Shown piece after piece: positions 31,432 through 41,083 of a stretch of DNA of 42,338 nucleotides (position 1 is the first letter of the stretch; every line of letters starts with the position of its first letter). Where the stretch lies: assembly GCA_052055015.1 (NCBI GenBank), contig JBQJIT010000001.1, one strand, 5' to 3'. The position numbers were made by a program, and so were the translations under genes. Below the pieces are notes generated by a model that was not told the DNA's origin, ran no database searches, and saw nothing but the letters and a program-made list of their open reading frames with translations. This stretch comes from Malassezia furfur. Lineage: Eukaryota.

Positions 31432-32652
31432 ATGGCCGAGGTGGTGCGGGGTCTGCCGCGGTATGCGGTGTACGGTGCTCCGATGGAACTCCTGATCCAG
31501 TCGTTGGAGCGCAAGCCGACTCCCATCACGCTACGACAGCTACTGGCTCATGGCGGGAAGCCAGGGAAGCCGCCAACGATCGACGAGCTGCGTCGCTCCG
31601 CTGTGTATGTCCAGCATGAGCTGCCGATTCGTCTCGCGCGCCGTGTGCGCCAATTCTACTCGCTGCCATTCATCGTGGGTAGTAATCCATGGGTGCAGTC
31701 GGTGGCGCGTCTGTATGCGTCGAGTTTCGCGCGCCTCGCGACGGCGCCGCCCATCGAGACGCCCGAAGGCAATGCGCAGTTCACGCGCGTGCTGCAGCGC
31801 CTCGTAAACGATCACTCGGACAATGTGCCAAAGCTCTCGCGCGGGTTCATGGAGTGCCGCGAATATATGGATCCAGACCAGATCGCCAACTTTCTCAATG
31901 CCGCGCTGCACAGTCGTATCGGGATCCGTATGATCGCCGAGCAGCACCTGGCACTGAATGCGATGGCCGAGCAGGCCACCGAGGGACGATCGCCCTCCGA
32001 GTTCCGCCTAACACCGACGTCGATCGGGATCATCGAGACGCAGATGCGGCCGAAGGATGTCGTGGCGACCAGCGGCGAATATGTACGTGCGCTGTGTGAG
32101 GCGACGTTTGAAATGGCACCCGAGATCGAGTATGACGGGGATGTGGATGCGACGATGGTGGGAGTGCCCGTGCACTTGGAGTATGTCATGACGGAGCTGC
32201 TCAAGAATGCGTTCCGTGCGACGACGGAGAACTACCTCGCGAAAAAGCGCGAAGGTCGGACCTCGGGCGACCTTCCGCCGATTGTCGTGACGCTTGGGTC
32301 CTCGCCGAAGCACATCAGTATTCGCATCCGCGACAGCGGCGGTGGAATTCCGCCGGAAAACATGAGCAAGATCTTCTCGTACGCCTTTACCACCGCAAGT
32401 GAGCAGAGCTCGTCGAGCTCCGGAGAAGATCCGATGGACATCACCGCGCAGGCAATGCAAAGCAGCATGGGGACTCTTGCAGGTCTTGGATACGGCCTGC
32501 CCATGTCTCGTCTGTACGTCAACTACTTTGGCGGCAGCGATCTCGACGTGGTGAGCCTGTGGGGCCATGTACGTGACGATTTACTGATGCAGGGATGTGA
32601 CGCGTTCGTGCGTTTGTCGCGCCAGATGGGTAGCAGCGACGTGCCAATCTAA
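31432..32652 (+). CDS. Mitochondrial alpha-ketoacid dehydrogenase kinase (PDK/BCKDK family)
   Basis: ELPIRLARR, SRIGIRMIAEQH, ELLKNAFRA, RDSGGGI, AGLGYGLPMSRLY. Intron 32569-32592 (24, in frame). Confidence 0.92.
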   Translation: MAEVVRGLPRYAVYGAPMELLIQSLERKPTPITLRQLLAHGGKPGKPPTIDELRRSAVYVQHELPIRLARRVRQFYSLPFIVGSNPWVQSVARLYASSFARLATAPPIETPEGNAQFTRVLQRLVNDHSDNVPKLSRGFMECREYMDPDQIANFLNAALHSRIGIRMIAEQHLALNAMAEQATEGRSPSEFRLTPTSIGIIETQMRPKDVVATSGEYVRALCEATFEMAPEIEYDGDVDATMVGVPVHLEYVMTELLKNAFRATTENYLAKKREGRTSGDLPPIVVTLGSSPKHISIRIRDSGGGIPPENMSKIFSYAFTTASEQSSSSSGEDPMDITAQAMQSSMGTLAGLGYGLPMSRLYVNYFGGSDLDVVSLWGHVRDDLLMQGCDAFVRLSRQMGSSDVPI

Positions 32653-32659
32653 AGAGTCG

Positions 32660-33376
32660 TTATGTACTTGCATCGGGCCCGCCGGGCGAGGGCGCCATGG
32701 CCGGGGGGTCCGTGTTGCTTTTGGAGCGCTCTTCCTGCTGGAGCTGACGCAGGCGGCGTAGGAGCCGCGCGTCGACCTCTTCGTTACGCTCACGCTCCTG
32801 GAGACGCTCGCTGTAGAATTTCCCACATTGGAGCAGCACAATGCCCAGCAGCGCCATGGCGAGGAGGACGTGTGCGTTGGCGACCTCGCGCAAAGACGAC
32901 AAGACCTCGGCGTAGTGACTGAGCGGCTGAGAGGCCGGAGGCGGCGTAATGGAGGGGATGATCTCGATGACTGGGTTAGGTGTAAGCGCAACATACGAGG
33001 GAGGAGCTTGGTTTTGTACAGCGAGGCCACAGCGGCCACGAGGACTGCGGTCAGTGCGCGGCACACCACGTACAGAGGCTGGCGCCATCGAAGAGCCAGT
33101 TGGTCTCCTTCCCGGAAAATATATGGAAGAGGAGCACAGAGATCTGGATCGAGACAATCGTGAACAGTGTCGCGATGTACTTGTCCGACCACACGCCGAC
33201 CGTGTTAAGGTAGTAGTGCAGCGCGTAGAGTACCTCGCGGTCACGCGCAGGCTCCTGCCATAGTAGAATGTAATCAGCGTGCCAGTGCATCCATAGGATG
33301 CCTTTCATGAGCCAGCGCACGTACCCAACACGAACGACGAGCATGCCAGGAGCAGGGCGACGGTGACACCCAGCAT
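32660..33376 (-). CDS. SHR3: ER membrane chaperone Shr3
   Basis: SFVLGILWMHWHADYILLW, LFDGASL, LREVANAHVLLAMALLGIVLLQCG. Introns 33302-33324 (23), 33045-33073 (29), 32971-32996 (26). Confidence 0.82.
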
Positions 33377-33552
33377 CTTCGTGGCTCCGTTCGCGCACGC
33401 ACGCGCCAAGCCCCCCCACCCGGGGCGCCGCGGCACCATCACGTGCCGCACGCGGGGCGACGCGTCGAGCGGCGCTCGGCCGTGGCTGATGTAAGCAGGA
33501 GCGGCTCGGTACAATCTACGCTGGGGAGCCCGCGGTGTGCCCTTCAGTCACC

Positions 33553-34694
33553 ATGGCGCCGATTTTGAATGTAGGTCAACGTGCGCGCGGCTGACTCACA
33601 CCAGTTCCACCCCGGGTCTTTGCCGAGCTTTTCGCAGCGTCTCCCGAAGGGCGACTCGCTCGCTACGTACGTATCGCGGCGCCGTTACTCCCTGATACTA
33701 ACCGATCAGTGTGCAGGAGCGCGTTGCGCACAAGCTCAAGCTCGGCGAGAACGAGCCGCTCACGCTCAAGTACCTACACGAAAAGGAGCTGTACGAGCTT
33801 GAAGATGGTACGCAGTGGTCGCAATAAGGTCCTAACGCAGACGATGACTTTGACATCTTTGTTGAGCGCTACGCCGACGCTCCCGAGGCCGACATCTACG
33901 TTGAGTCCCCCGCGATTGCGCAGCACGCGCCTCAGTCCAACGGCTCGTATGGTGCTGCGCCGTCTGGCCCCAACGTCCCGGTGCTCGATGAGACGACGCT
34001 CGTGACGCGCACGCCGGCGCGCGGCAAGGGTGGTGCGATCAGCATCCACCGCGTGCCGACGGCGGCAGTGCCGACCGTGGACGAGTTCGCCTCGGCGGGC
34101 GGTGTGAGCGGCGGCGGCCGCGACAGCATCCTGTACCCCCCGCCGCAGGAGCCGCAGATGCCGAGCTATCTGAAGCCGATCTCGGCGAAGTTGCCCCCGC
34201 CTGCGGAGTCGGCGAGCGTCAAGTCGAAGAAGACGACGCAGACGCAGAACTCGAACCTGAGCCACAAGATTGCCTTTGAGGAGTTCCACTCGCAGCGCGG
34301 CGTGCGCCTGCTGCGCGGCAGCCTCGGCCCGGTGAACAACGTGCCGATGATGCTCAAGTCGGGCTACCGCCATGTGTACGTCAGCCGCAGCTTTGCGCTT
34401 GACCACGGCTTCATCCCCGCCGACACGACGCCGGGCACGTACGGATACAACGGCATTACGAACCTCGGCAAGTGGCCCGTGCAGGTCGGGTCGAAGGCCG
34501 TGCCGTGCACGGTGATGCTCGCCGAGGACAGCTACTTCCCCGTGATTCTCGGGCGCTCGTTCATGGAGAAGCGCGGCGTGCGCACCGACCCGATTGACAT
34601 GACCTCGGTCATCTTCATGGACAACGGCGAGCGTGCCGATGTCGAGGTCGTGGTCGTCCGCGACGAGCTCGGCCAGCCCGCACCGATCCCCTAG
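33553..34694 (+). CDS. Uncharacterised protein: PB1-like N-terminus plus degenerate retropepsin-like C-terminus
   Basis: Introns 33571-33604, 33667-33709 and 33808-33840 give a continuous frame with LKYLHEKELYELEDDDDF and MMLKSGYRHVYVSRSFA...VILGRSFMEK. Confidence 0.75.
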
Positions 34695-34780
34695 ACGAGA
34701 GTGCCGCCCCCTTCTTTGGGTGCGCGCTCGCCGCGTAATAGAATTTGGCTAATGGTCTTGTGTGGTTTTTGTCCTCTTCC

Positions 34781-37321
34781 CTATTTATTCTTCGCCGCGC
34801 TTGACGATGACGACGAGGTGCCCTGCTGCGAGACGGCCGCCGCCTCGGCCTCTTGCTCGGCTAGCGTGCGGCTCTGTTGGATCCAAAGCTGATGGTACTT
34901 GCCGCCCTGTGCGATGAGCTGCTCGTGCGTGCCCTGTTCGACGATCCGGCCTTTGTCCGCGACGAGGATCAAGTCCGAGTTGATAATCGTCGAGAGACGG
35001 TGCGCGATCGTCAGCGAGGTGCGCCCACGCATCAGTGTGTTGAGCGCCTCTTGCAGCTGGCGCTCCGTGTGGCTGTCGAGCGCAGACGTCGCCTCGTCAA
35101 GCAGCAGAATGGGCGGGTTTTTGAGGATGGTGCGCGCAATCGCCACACGCTGCTTCTCGCCGCCGCTGAGGCGCACGCCGCGCTCACCAACAACCGTGTC
35201 GTACCCGTCGGGGAACTCGAGGATGCGGTCGTGGATCTGCGCAGCACGCGCCGCAGCCTCGACCTCGGCATCGGTGGCATCCACGTTGCCGTACAGGATG
35301 TTGTGCTTGATGTCAGTGTTGAACAGCGTCGGCTCCTGGGGCACGATACCGATCGCCTTGCGCAGACTCTGTTGCCGGACGCTCTGGATGTCCTGGCCGT
35401 CGATCAAAATCGCACCCGAGTCCACGTCGTAGAAGCGGAATAGCAGCTTGAATACGGTCGACTTGCCCGCGCCGCTCTCGCCGACAAGTGCGACGCGCTT
35501 GTGGCCCTCGACAAGGAATGACATGTCTTGCACCACGTCGGCGCGCCGCGTGTCGTACGCAAACGCCACATTCTCGAATCGGATGGCACCATCGCTGATC
35601 ATGAGCTCCTTGGCATTGGGGTCGTCCTTGATGTCCACTGGCTCGTCGAGCAGCTCCATCAGCTTGTCCGTGTCGACGAGGTTTTGGTTGATGACGCGGT
35701 ACATGGTGCCGAGCATGTTCAGTGGCTGGTACACCTGCTGCAAATACGACACAAATACAACAAACTGCGATGACGACGTCTTGCCTTGCACGACGTTGTA
35801 CGCCACGGTCAGGATGGAAGTGAGGGTACCAAACGCCAGGATCAGATTTTGGACCAGGTTGAGCATGTGCAGAGAGAAGACCACACGGTAGCTCGCCGCG
35901 CGGTATTCGTCGAGCGCAACACGATAGCGGCCAGCTTCATACCCCTCGTTCCCGTAGCACTTGACCGTCTCGTAGTTGAGCACCGTGTCGGTGGTGATAG
36001 CACGGCACACGGTGTCAGCACTGTTGGCGTTGCGGCGCAGCTGCGTGCGCCAGGTGGTGATGCGCACGCTGCAGTAGGTAAACAGTACCATGATCACAAG
36101 CAGCTGCACCCCCACCTGCCACCCAAACGTCAGCGACAGGTAGCCGACCGCGACAAAAATGTCGACAAACACGGGCGTCAGCGAGAACAGGAAGAACTCG
36201 AAAAAGTTGTTGATCGCCGAGCCACGGTCCAGCGTGCGGATCAGTTCACCCGTCTTGCGCTTCGTGTGGTACGACATGGACAAGTTCAGGATGTGCTCAA
36301 ACATGTGCATGCTCATGTTCACCTCTGAGTACCACGCGACGGGGTACCACAGCAGGTTCTGTGCCACGGTCAACAGACCGCCCGAGCCCTGGAAGAGCTT
36401 CAGCGAGCAGTAAAATACAATCACGCCCCACGGTGAGCCGTCGCCGCTCAGCGCATCCACGACCCGGCCCAGAGCAATCGGCACCAGCAGATTCACGACG
36501 CGTGCCAACCCCAATAGGATCAGGCACATAACGGCGAGCAGCTGCAGTCGCAGCGACTTGTGTGGCCAGAGGTACGGGCCCAGCACCTTGATGCGTCGTG
36601 CCAACGTCGCAAACGACGTTGCGGGCGGTGCGGGGCGCGGCTGAATGCCCATACGCTCGTTTGCGGCGCGTGCCGCGTCCGTTGCCGCGTCCGTCGAAGC
36701 ATCGGCGGCGCGCGACACATCTTCTTGCAAAAACTGCACGCGGTCATGCCGTGCGACGAGCACGAGTACCGCGTAGAGCACGAGGCGCACAAGCACCACG
36801 CCGACCTGCGGCCAGGTATACACTGATAAGGAGTGCATTGCATACACCACGAGCAGCGCCGCGTCTGTCGCTGCACCCATGCCCGCGAGCCACGCAGCGC
36901 GCGTGCGCCCGACACTTGTTCCATCCGTGCGCTGCGAGTCCAGCAGGTAGGCGACTGCGACCAGGCCCCAGGCGAGGCTGCCGGCCACAATCTGCACCTG
37001 GAGCCACTCGTAGCCCGGCAGGCTGGGCGTCCAGATGCGCGGCGGCAGCGTCGCGACCGCCGCGACAATCGCGCCAGAAATCACGTAGGTCGCAGCCACG
37101 CCAAGCGCGAGCCCAATGAGCGTCTTATCGTAGCGCTCGTGATGCGCGACGACAACCGGTTGCGGCAATTCCTCGGCGGGCAGGTCATCGAGGTGGATAC
37201 GTCCACCGCGCACACGGCGGATCGCACGCTTTAGTACCTCGCTCTTGGTCGTGGCCAGCGTTGTGGCCAGGACCAACGCGGGCTGCAACGCGTGCAGCAC
37301 CTCGGCCCCCTGCGACAGCAT
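34781..37321 (-). CDS. HMT1: Half-size ABC transporter, Hmt1/ABCB6 type
   Basis: N-terminal extra TM domain, PYLWP, GESGAGKST (Walker A), LSGGEKQR, ILLLDEATSALD; intronless. Confidence 0.9.
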   Translation of the reverse strand: MLSQGAEVLHALQPALVLATTLATTKSEVLKRAIRRVRGGRIHLDDLPAEELPQPVVVAHHERYDKTLIGLALGVAATYVISGAIVAAVATLPPRIWTPSLPGYEWLQVQIVAGSLAWGLVAVAYLLDSQRTDGTSVGRTRAAWLAGMGAATDAALLVVYAMHSLSVYTWPQVGVVLVRLVLYAVLVLVARHDRVQFLQEDVSRAADASTDAATDAARAANERMGIQPRPAPPATSFATLARRIKVLGPYLWPHKSLRLQLLAVMCLILLGLARVVNLLVPIALGRVVDALSGDGSPWGVIVFYCSLKLFQGSGGLLTVAQNLLWYPVAWYSEVNMSMHMFEHILNLSMSYHTKRKTGELIRTLDRGSAINNFFEFFLFSLTPVFVDIFVAVGYLSLTFGWQVGVQLLVIMVLFTYCSVRITTWRTQLRRNANSADTVCRAITTDTVLNYETVKCYGNEGYEAGRYRVALDEYRAASYRVVFSLHMLNLVQNLILAFGTLTSILTVAYNVVQGKTSSSQFVVFVSYLQQVYQPLNMLGTMYRVINQNLVDTDKLMELLDEPVDIKDDPNAKELMISDGAIRFENVAFAYDTRRADVVQDMSFLVEGHKRVALVGESGAGKSTVFKLLFRFYDVDSGAILIDGQDIQSVRQQSLRKAIGIVPQEPTLFNTDIKHNILYGNVDATDAEVEAAARAAQIHDRILEFPDGYDTVVGERGVRLSGGEKQRVAIARTILKNPPILLLDEATSALDSHTERQLQEALNTLMRGRTSLTIAHRLSTIINSDLILVADKGRIVEQGTHEQLIAQGGKYHQLWIQQSRTLAEQEAEAAAVSQQGTSSSSSSAAKNK

Positions 37322-37400
37322 TCTTGTAGGACACGAGCGAACAGGCACGCCATCCAAATTCGCCACGTGGTTTGGACCGTGCGCAGCGGGAAGGCGGCTC

Positions 37401-38519
37401 ATGCAGTCCTTCATGACGTCGATCGCAGCATCGCTGCGGGCGCATCCCGTGCGTGTCGCAGCACCCTGGGCACGCTGGGCCGTACGTGCATTAAGCACGT
37501 TGCCGACCAGCGGCGCCACGCGCGTGCGCCGCTCGCTGCTCTATATCCCGGGCAGCAGCGAAAAAATGCTCGTGAAAAGTCGCTCGATCCCCGCTGACAC
37601 GCTCGTGTACGACCTCGAGGATAGCGTCGCAGAGCATAGGAAGGGAGCAACACAGGGAATGGTCCTGCAGGCGCTGTGTGTACGTGCAGCACTCACCCAG
37701 GCGGCGCCGTCCGACTCCTCGGAGCTGAGCGTGCGCATCAATGCGCCCTCGACGCAGCGCACCTTGGCCGGGTCGGATCTCGAGGTGATTCTGCAGAGCG
37801 AGCGGCTGGATGCTGTTGTCATCCCGAAGTGCGAGAGCGTGGATGATGTCACTTTCGTTGCACAGCACATTGCGCAGGCCCACACGTCGTACGTCGTACC
37901 CCGCTCACCAGACCGCCGCGCCCCATCTCGTTGATCCTGTCAGTCGAGAGCGCGTCGTGCCTCGTGCGCCTGCCTACGCTTCTGCAAGAGGCCCAAACTC
38001 GGCTTGCAGATGAATTCCGTGGCGCCGCAACCGTCGCCGCTGTCCTGTTCGCCAGCGAGGATTATTGCGCATCGACGGGCGTACGGCGGACGCGTTCACG
38101 CAAAGGCCTGCTGTACCCGCGCGCCAATATGGTGACCGTCGCCAAGGCGATGGGGATTGAGGCGATTGTGCGTGAAAAAGCTCATGCAGGACATGGTGTG
38201 TGTGGACTACAAAGACCACGCGTACCTCGAGGACGAGTGTGCAGAAGGCGCCGAGCTGGGCTTCGACGGGAAGCAGGCCATCCATCCCGCACAGCTTGAC
38301 ACGATCCGCCGTGCATTTTCCCCGACGGAACATGGTACGTGACCAGCGGCTCACGCAGACATTGAGGAAGCCAAGGCGATCCTCGCAGCGTACGAAAATG
38401 CGTCGCGAATGCAGGACAAGGGCGCAGTCGGCCTTGACTACGGCGGGCGTTCGATTATGATCGATGCGCCCATGCTCCTGCAAGCGCAGCGGACACTCGC
38501 GCGTGCACAAGGGGTATAG
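37401..38519 (+). CDS. Citrate lyase beta-subunit-like (CitE/CLYBL) lyase
   Basis: RRSLLYIPG, YDLEDSV, VRIN, FASEDY, IDMVCVDYKD, GFDGKQAIHPAQ, MIDAPM. Introns 37680-37700 (21), 37889-37911 (23), 38168-38189 (22), 38335-38358 (24). Confidence 0.9.
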
Positions 38520-38534
38520 GTGGGCATACGTAGG

Positions 38535-39063
38535 CTACTGCATTTCGACGTCGACGGCCATGTGGGACACAGCTTCAGACCACACGGTGCGTACCGCGCT
38601 GGGTGAGTGTATCAACATACTCTTGCTGTACCGCATAGGCCTCCAACTGCGCCAGCAGCCGCTCTTGCTCGGCAAGGCTCATGTCTCCGCCCGGTGCCGC
38701 GTCGATCGCCTGCTGGGTGTGGGCAAAGGTCGCGCGCAGCAAGTTGGTCTCCTGCGCAAGCTGCGCAAGTTGCGCCGGCGGAATACGCGAGGTATGATTC
38801 GTGCTTTCGCGTTGTGTCCATATGTCCATGTCCTCGTCGTCCGCAATGGCGCCCAGCGCGAGGCTCGACGACATGGTGTCCAGACCCTCGTTCGGCTCCG
38901 CCTCGTCCATCTCGGACGGCTCGACCTGGCTCGGCTCCTGCTCCGTGGCATGCTGTGCCTCTTGCAGGAGCTGTGCAATGCGCCGCACTCGCGGAACGAT
39001 GCTTGGAAGCAGCAATGGGTCCGTGACCTCTTTGGGCGCGTCCGACGCCGGCGCCGTCGCCAT
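38535..39063 (-). CDS. MED9: Probable Mediator subunit Med9
   Basis: IDAAPGGDMSLAEQERLLAQLE matches the Med9 'PG..S.eEQ' coiled-coil motif. Intron 38599-38620 (22). Confidence 0.6.
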
Positions 39064-39195
39064 GGTCGCACCTAGGTGGGGAAGGTGGAGGTCGGCGGTG
39101 CGAAATGCGTCCAAATTACAGGAGGACGTGCGAGGCCGGCGGGGCGCAAGGTTCAGGGGCAAGTTGCATCTACACGAAACCATATCTATTCATCC

Positions 39196-40410
39196 TTAGG
39201 GTGCACCAGGGTTATGGGGAACAGGGAGAACGGGGCGCCCCACCAGATTGCTCGCAACATACCAGGCCTGCGTCAGCTGCGCAACGGCCTGCGACCACTC
39301 GGCAGTGGTGTGGTTCTGGTGCCGCGTACCGGTCGTCAGCGCGTACTCCATCAGGCTCGGCTGCAAATCATTTAGGTTGACCAACAGGTCACTCCATTGC
39401 TGCGCAAAGCTCACCGCTTCTTCGGGTGATGCCGGTGCGAGCTGGGCTGGGGTCGGCAGGATGGGGTATGTCGCGGTCGCCGCTGGGTCGATGGCGTGGC
39501 TGTGCGGGTCCGGCTCGCGGCGTCCATCAGGTACCTGGAGTGCTGCTCCGCCCGCGTGCAGCGGGAGCCGAAGCCGGTCGCCGTCGAGGCCGCCGTCACG
39601 CGGCGCCTCGAGGTGGTGCTTCATCTCTTCCGGCTTGGGCTTACGTTGCTCGCCTTGCGAGGCGCGATGGCGCTTGATGATGTTGTAGACATCCATGCGC
39701 GTGATCTGCACACCAGGGGGAATGAACGATGGCGAGCTAGCAGGGATGTTCGCTGCGTTTTTCTGGTGGTCGTGGATCATTTGCACGATCTCTTTCTGGT
39801 CGCGGCCCTCGGCGACGCGGTCCTTGATCCATTCACGCACATTGTCTGGGATCCTGCTGCTCGCCCAGTACTCGCGCGTGTTGACAGTGTGTCCGTGGTG
39901 CTGGAAGCGACACACCATCGTCACGGTGTCGCTGCCGACTTCTTGGGTCGCGGTGAACGACGCAGGACACCCAATCTTGATTGAGGCGCGCCGTGACCGC
40001 CGCTTGCCCGGCGCCAGGTCCGGGTTCCGCCGGTCGCGCGGCTTGCCCGAGTGATCACACACAAAGTGTTTCCGCCAGGCGTAGCGGCGGCCCTGGGGCA
40101 GCGCGCCATTGTAGCGCGTCGATGACACGCGCCATTGCACCGTGCGCTTTAGCACGGTGACGCATTCATCGAACAGTGACGCGGGAACCTGCGTGGTGAA
40201 CGGTTTCTCGACGGGCACGTTGAGAAGAAACTGCGTCGGGTCGGTGACGTAGGGCGCCATTTGCGCCACCGCGCTCACTTCGCCACCCAGTGGCTCGGGC
40301 GGTAGGTGCACGGGATCAGGTGCATGCTGGGTGTGCCCCTCGGTGGGGACGCGCACCGCGGGGTGCATGGACTCCAGCGGCGGCGGCGCACCGGCCGTGT
40401 CGCTCATCAT
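39196..40410 (-). CDS. FAR1/WRKY-GCM1-type zinc-finger protein (MULE transposase N-terminus-like), putative transcription factor
   Basis: FVCDHSGKPR...SIKIGCPASF...HHGH, then NVREWIKDRVAEG...ITRMDVYNII. No DDE domain. ATG at 40410. Confidence 0.72.
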   Translation of the reverse strand: MMSDTAGAPPPLESMHPAVRVPTEGHTQHAPDPVHLPPEPLGGEVSAVAQMAPYVTDPTQFLLNVPVEKPFTTQVPASLFDECVTVLKRTVQWRVSSTRYNGALPQGRRYAWRKHFVCDHSGKPRDRRNPDLAPGKRRSRRASIKIGCPASFTATQEVGSDTVTMVCRFQHHGHTVNTREYWASSRIPDNVREWIKDRVAEGRDQKEIVQMIHDHQKNAANIPASSPSFIPPGVQITRMDVYNIIKRHRASQGEQRKPKPEEMKHHLEAPRDGGLDGDRLRLPLHAGGAALQVPDGRREPDPHSHAIDPAATATYPILPTPAQLAPASPEEAVSFAQQWSDLLVNLNDLQPSLMEYALTTGTRHQNHTTAEWSQAVAQLTQAWYVASNLVGRPVLPVPHNPGAP

Positions 40411-40495
40411 GACGTTGGAATGAAGCGGAGGGGAACGTTGGGGAAATAGGCAAGGCGAAAAGAACGCACCTCCATCAGCCCACCTTTTTTCTACC

Positions 40496-41082
40496 ATGGC
40501 GGACGTGGAGCTGCTCAAGTCGCGGTTTGGTAGGTAGCGTGGTGCGCTCATGTAGAATACCACCAGGACTGGCCGAAGAAGGGGATTCTGTTCTGCGATA
40601 TCCTGCCGGCGCTGCGCGACCCGATCTCGTTCGAGTTGCTGCTCACCAACATCATGTCGCATATCTTTACGGTGACGCTTCCGCGTCTGGCCGAGTCTGC
40701 CAAGGACCCGCGCATTCACTATGTGGTGGGTTTGGACGCGCGCGGCTTCCTGCTGGGCCCTTCGATTGCGCAGCGTCTTGGTGCCGGGTTTGTGCCGGTG
40801 CGCAAGAAGGGCAAGCTGCCGGGCGACTGTGCGCAGGCCACGTTCCAGAAGGAGTACGGCGAGGACGTGTTTGAGATGCAGCGCGGCGCAATGCCCGCGG
40901 GCACCAACGTGCTCGTGATCGACGACCTGATTGCGACGGGCGGCTCGGCCAAGGCTGCCGGCGATCTCGTGAAGCAGCTCGGTGCGAACACGGTCGAGTA
41001 CATCTTCGTGGTGTCGATCCCCTTCTTGAAGGGCGCCGAGAAGCTCGATGCGCCCGAGTACCACCTGGTCGAGATGGACTAG
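40496..41082 (+). CDS. APT1: Adenine phosphoribosyltransferase
   Basis: DWPKKGILFCDI, GLDARGFLLG, VRKKGKLPG, VIDDLIATGGS. Intron 40530-40555 (26). Confidence 0.96.
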
Positions 41083-41083
41083 A

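Noticed and set aside
34781..38519. HMT1 plus CitE-like lyase (and NNR2 plus PCS60) as a metabolic gene cluster
   Set aside because: They share promoters, but there is no coherent pathway or backbone enzyme; adjacency is expected from genome compaction.
40411..41064. N-terminal 217 aa of the 622-aa ORF 39196-41064
   Set aside because: It is the antisense of APT1 and begins at a non-ATG codon; the credible start is ATG 40410.
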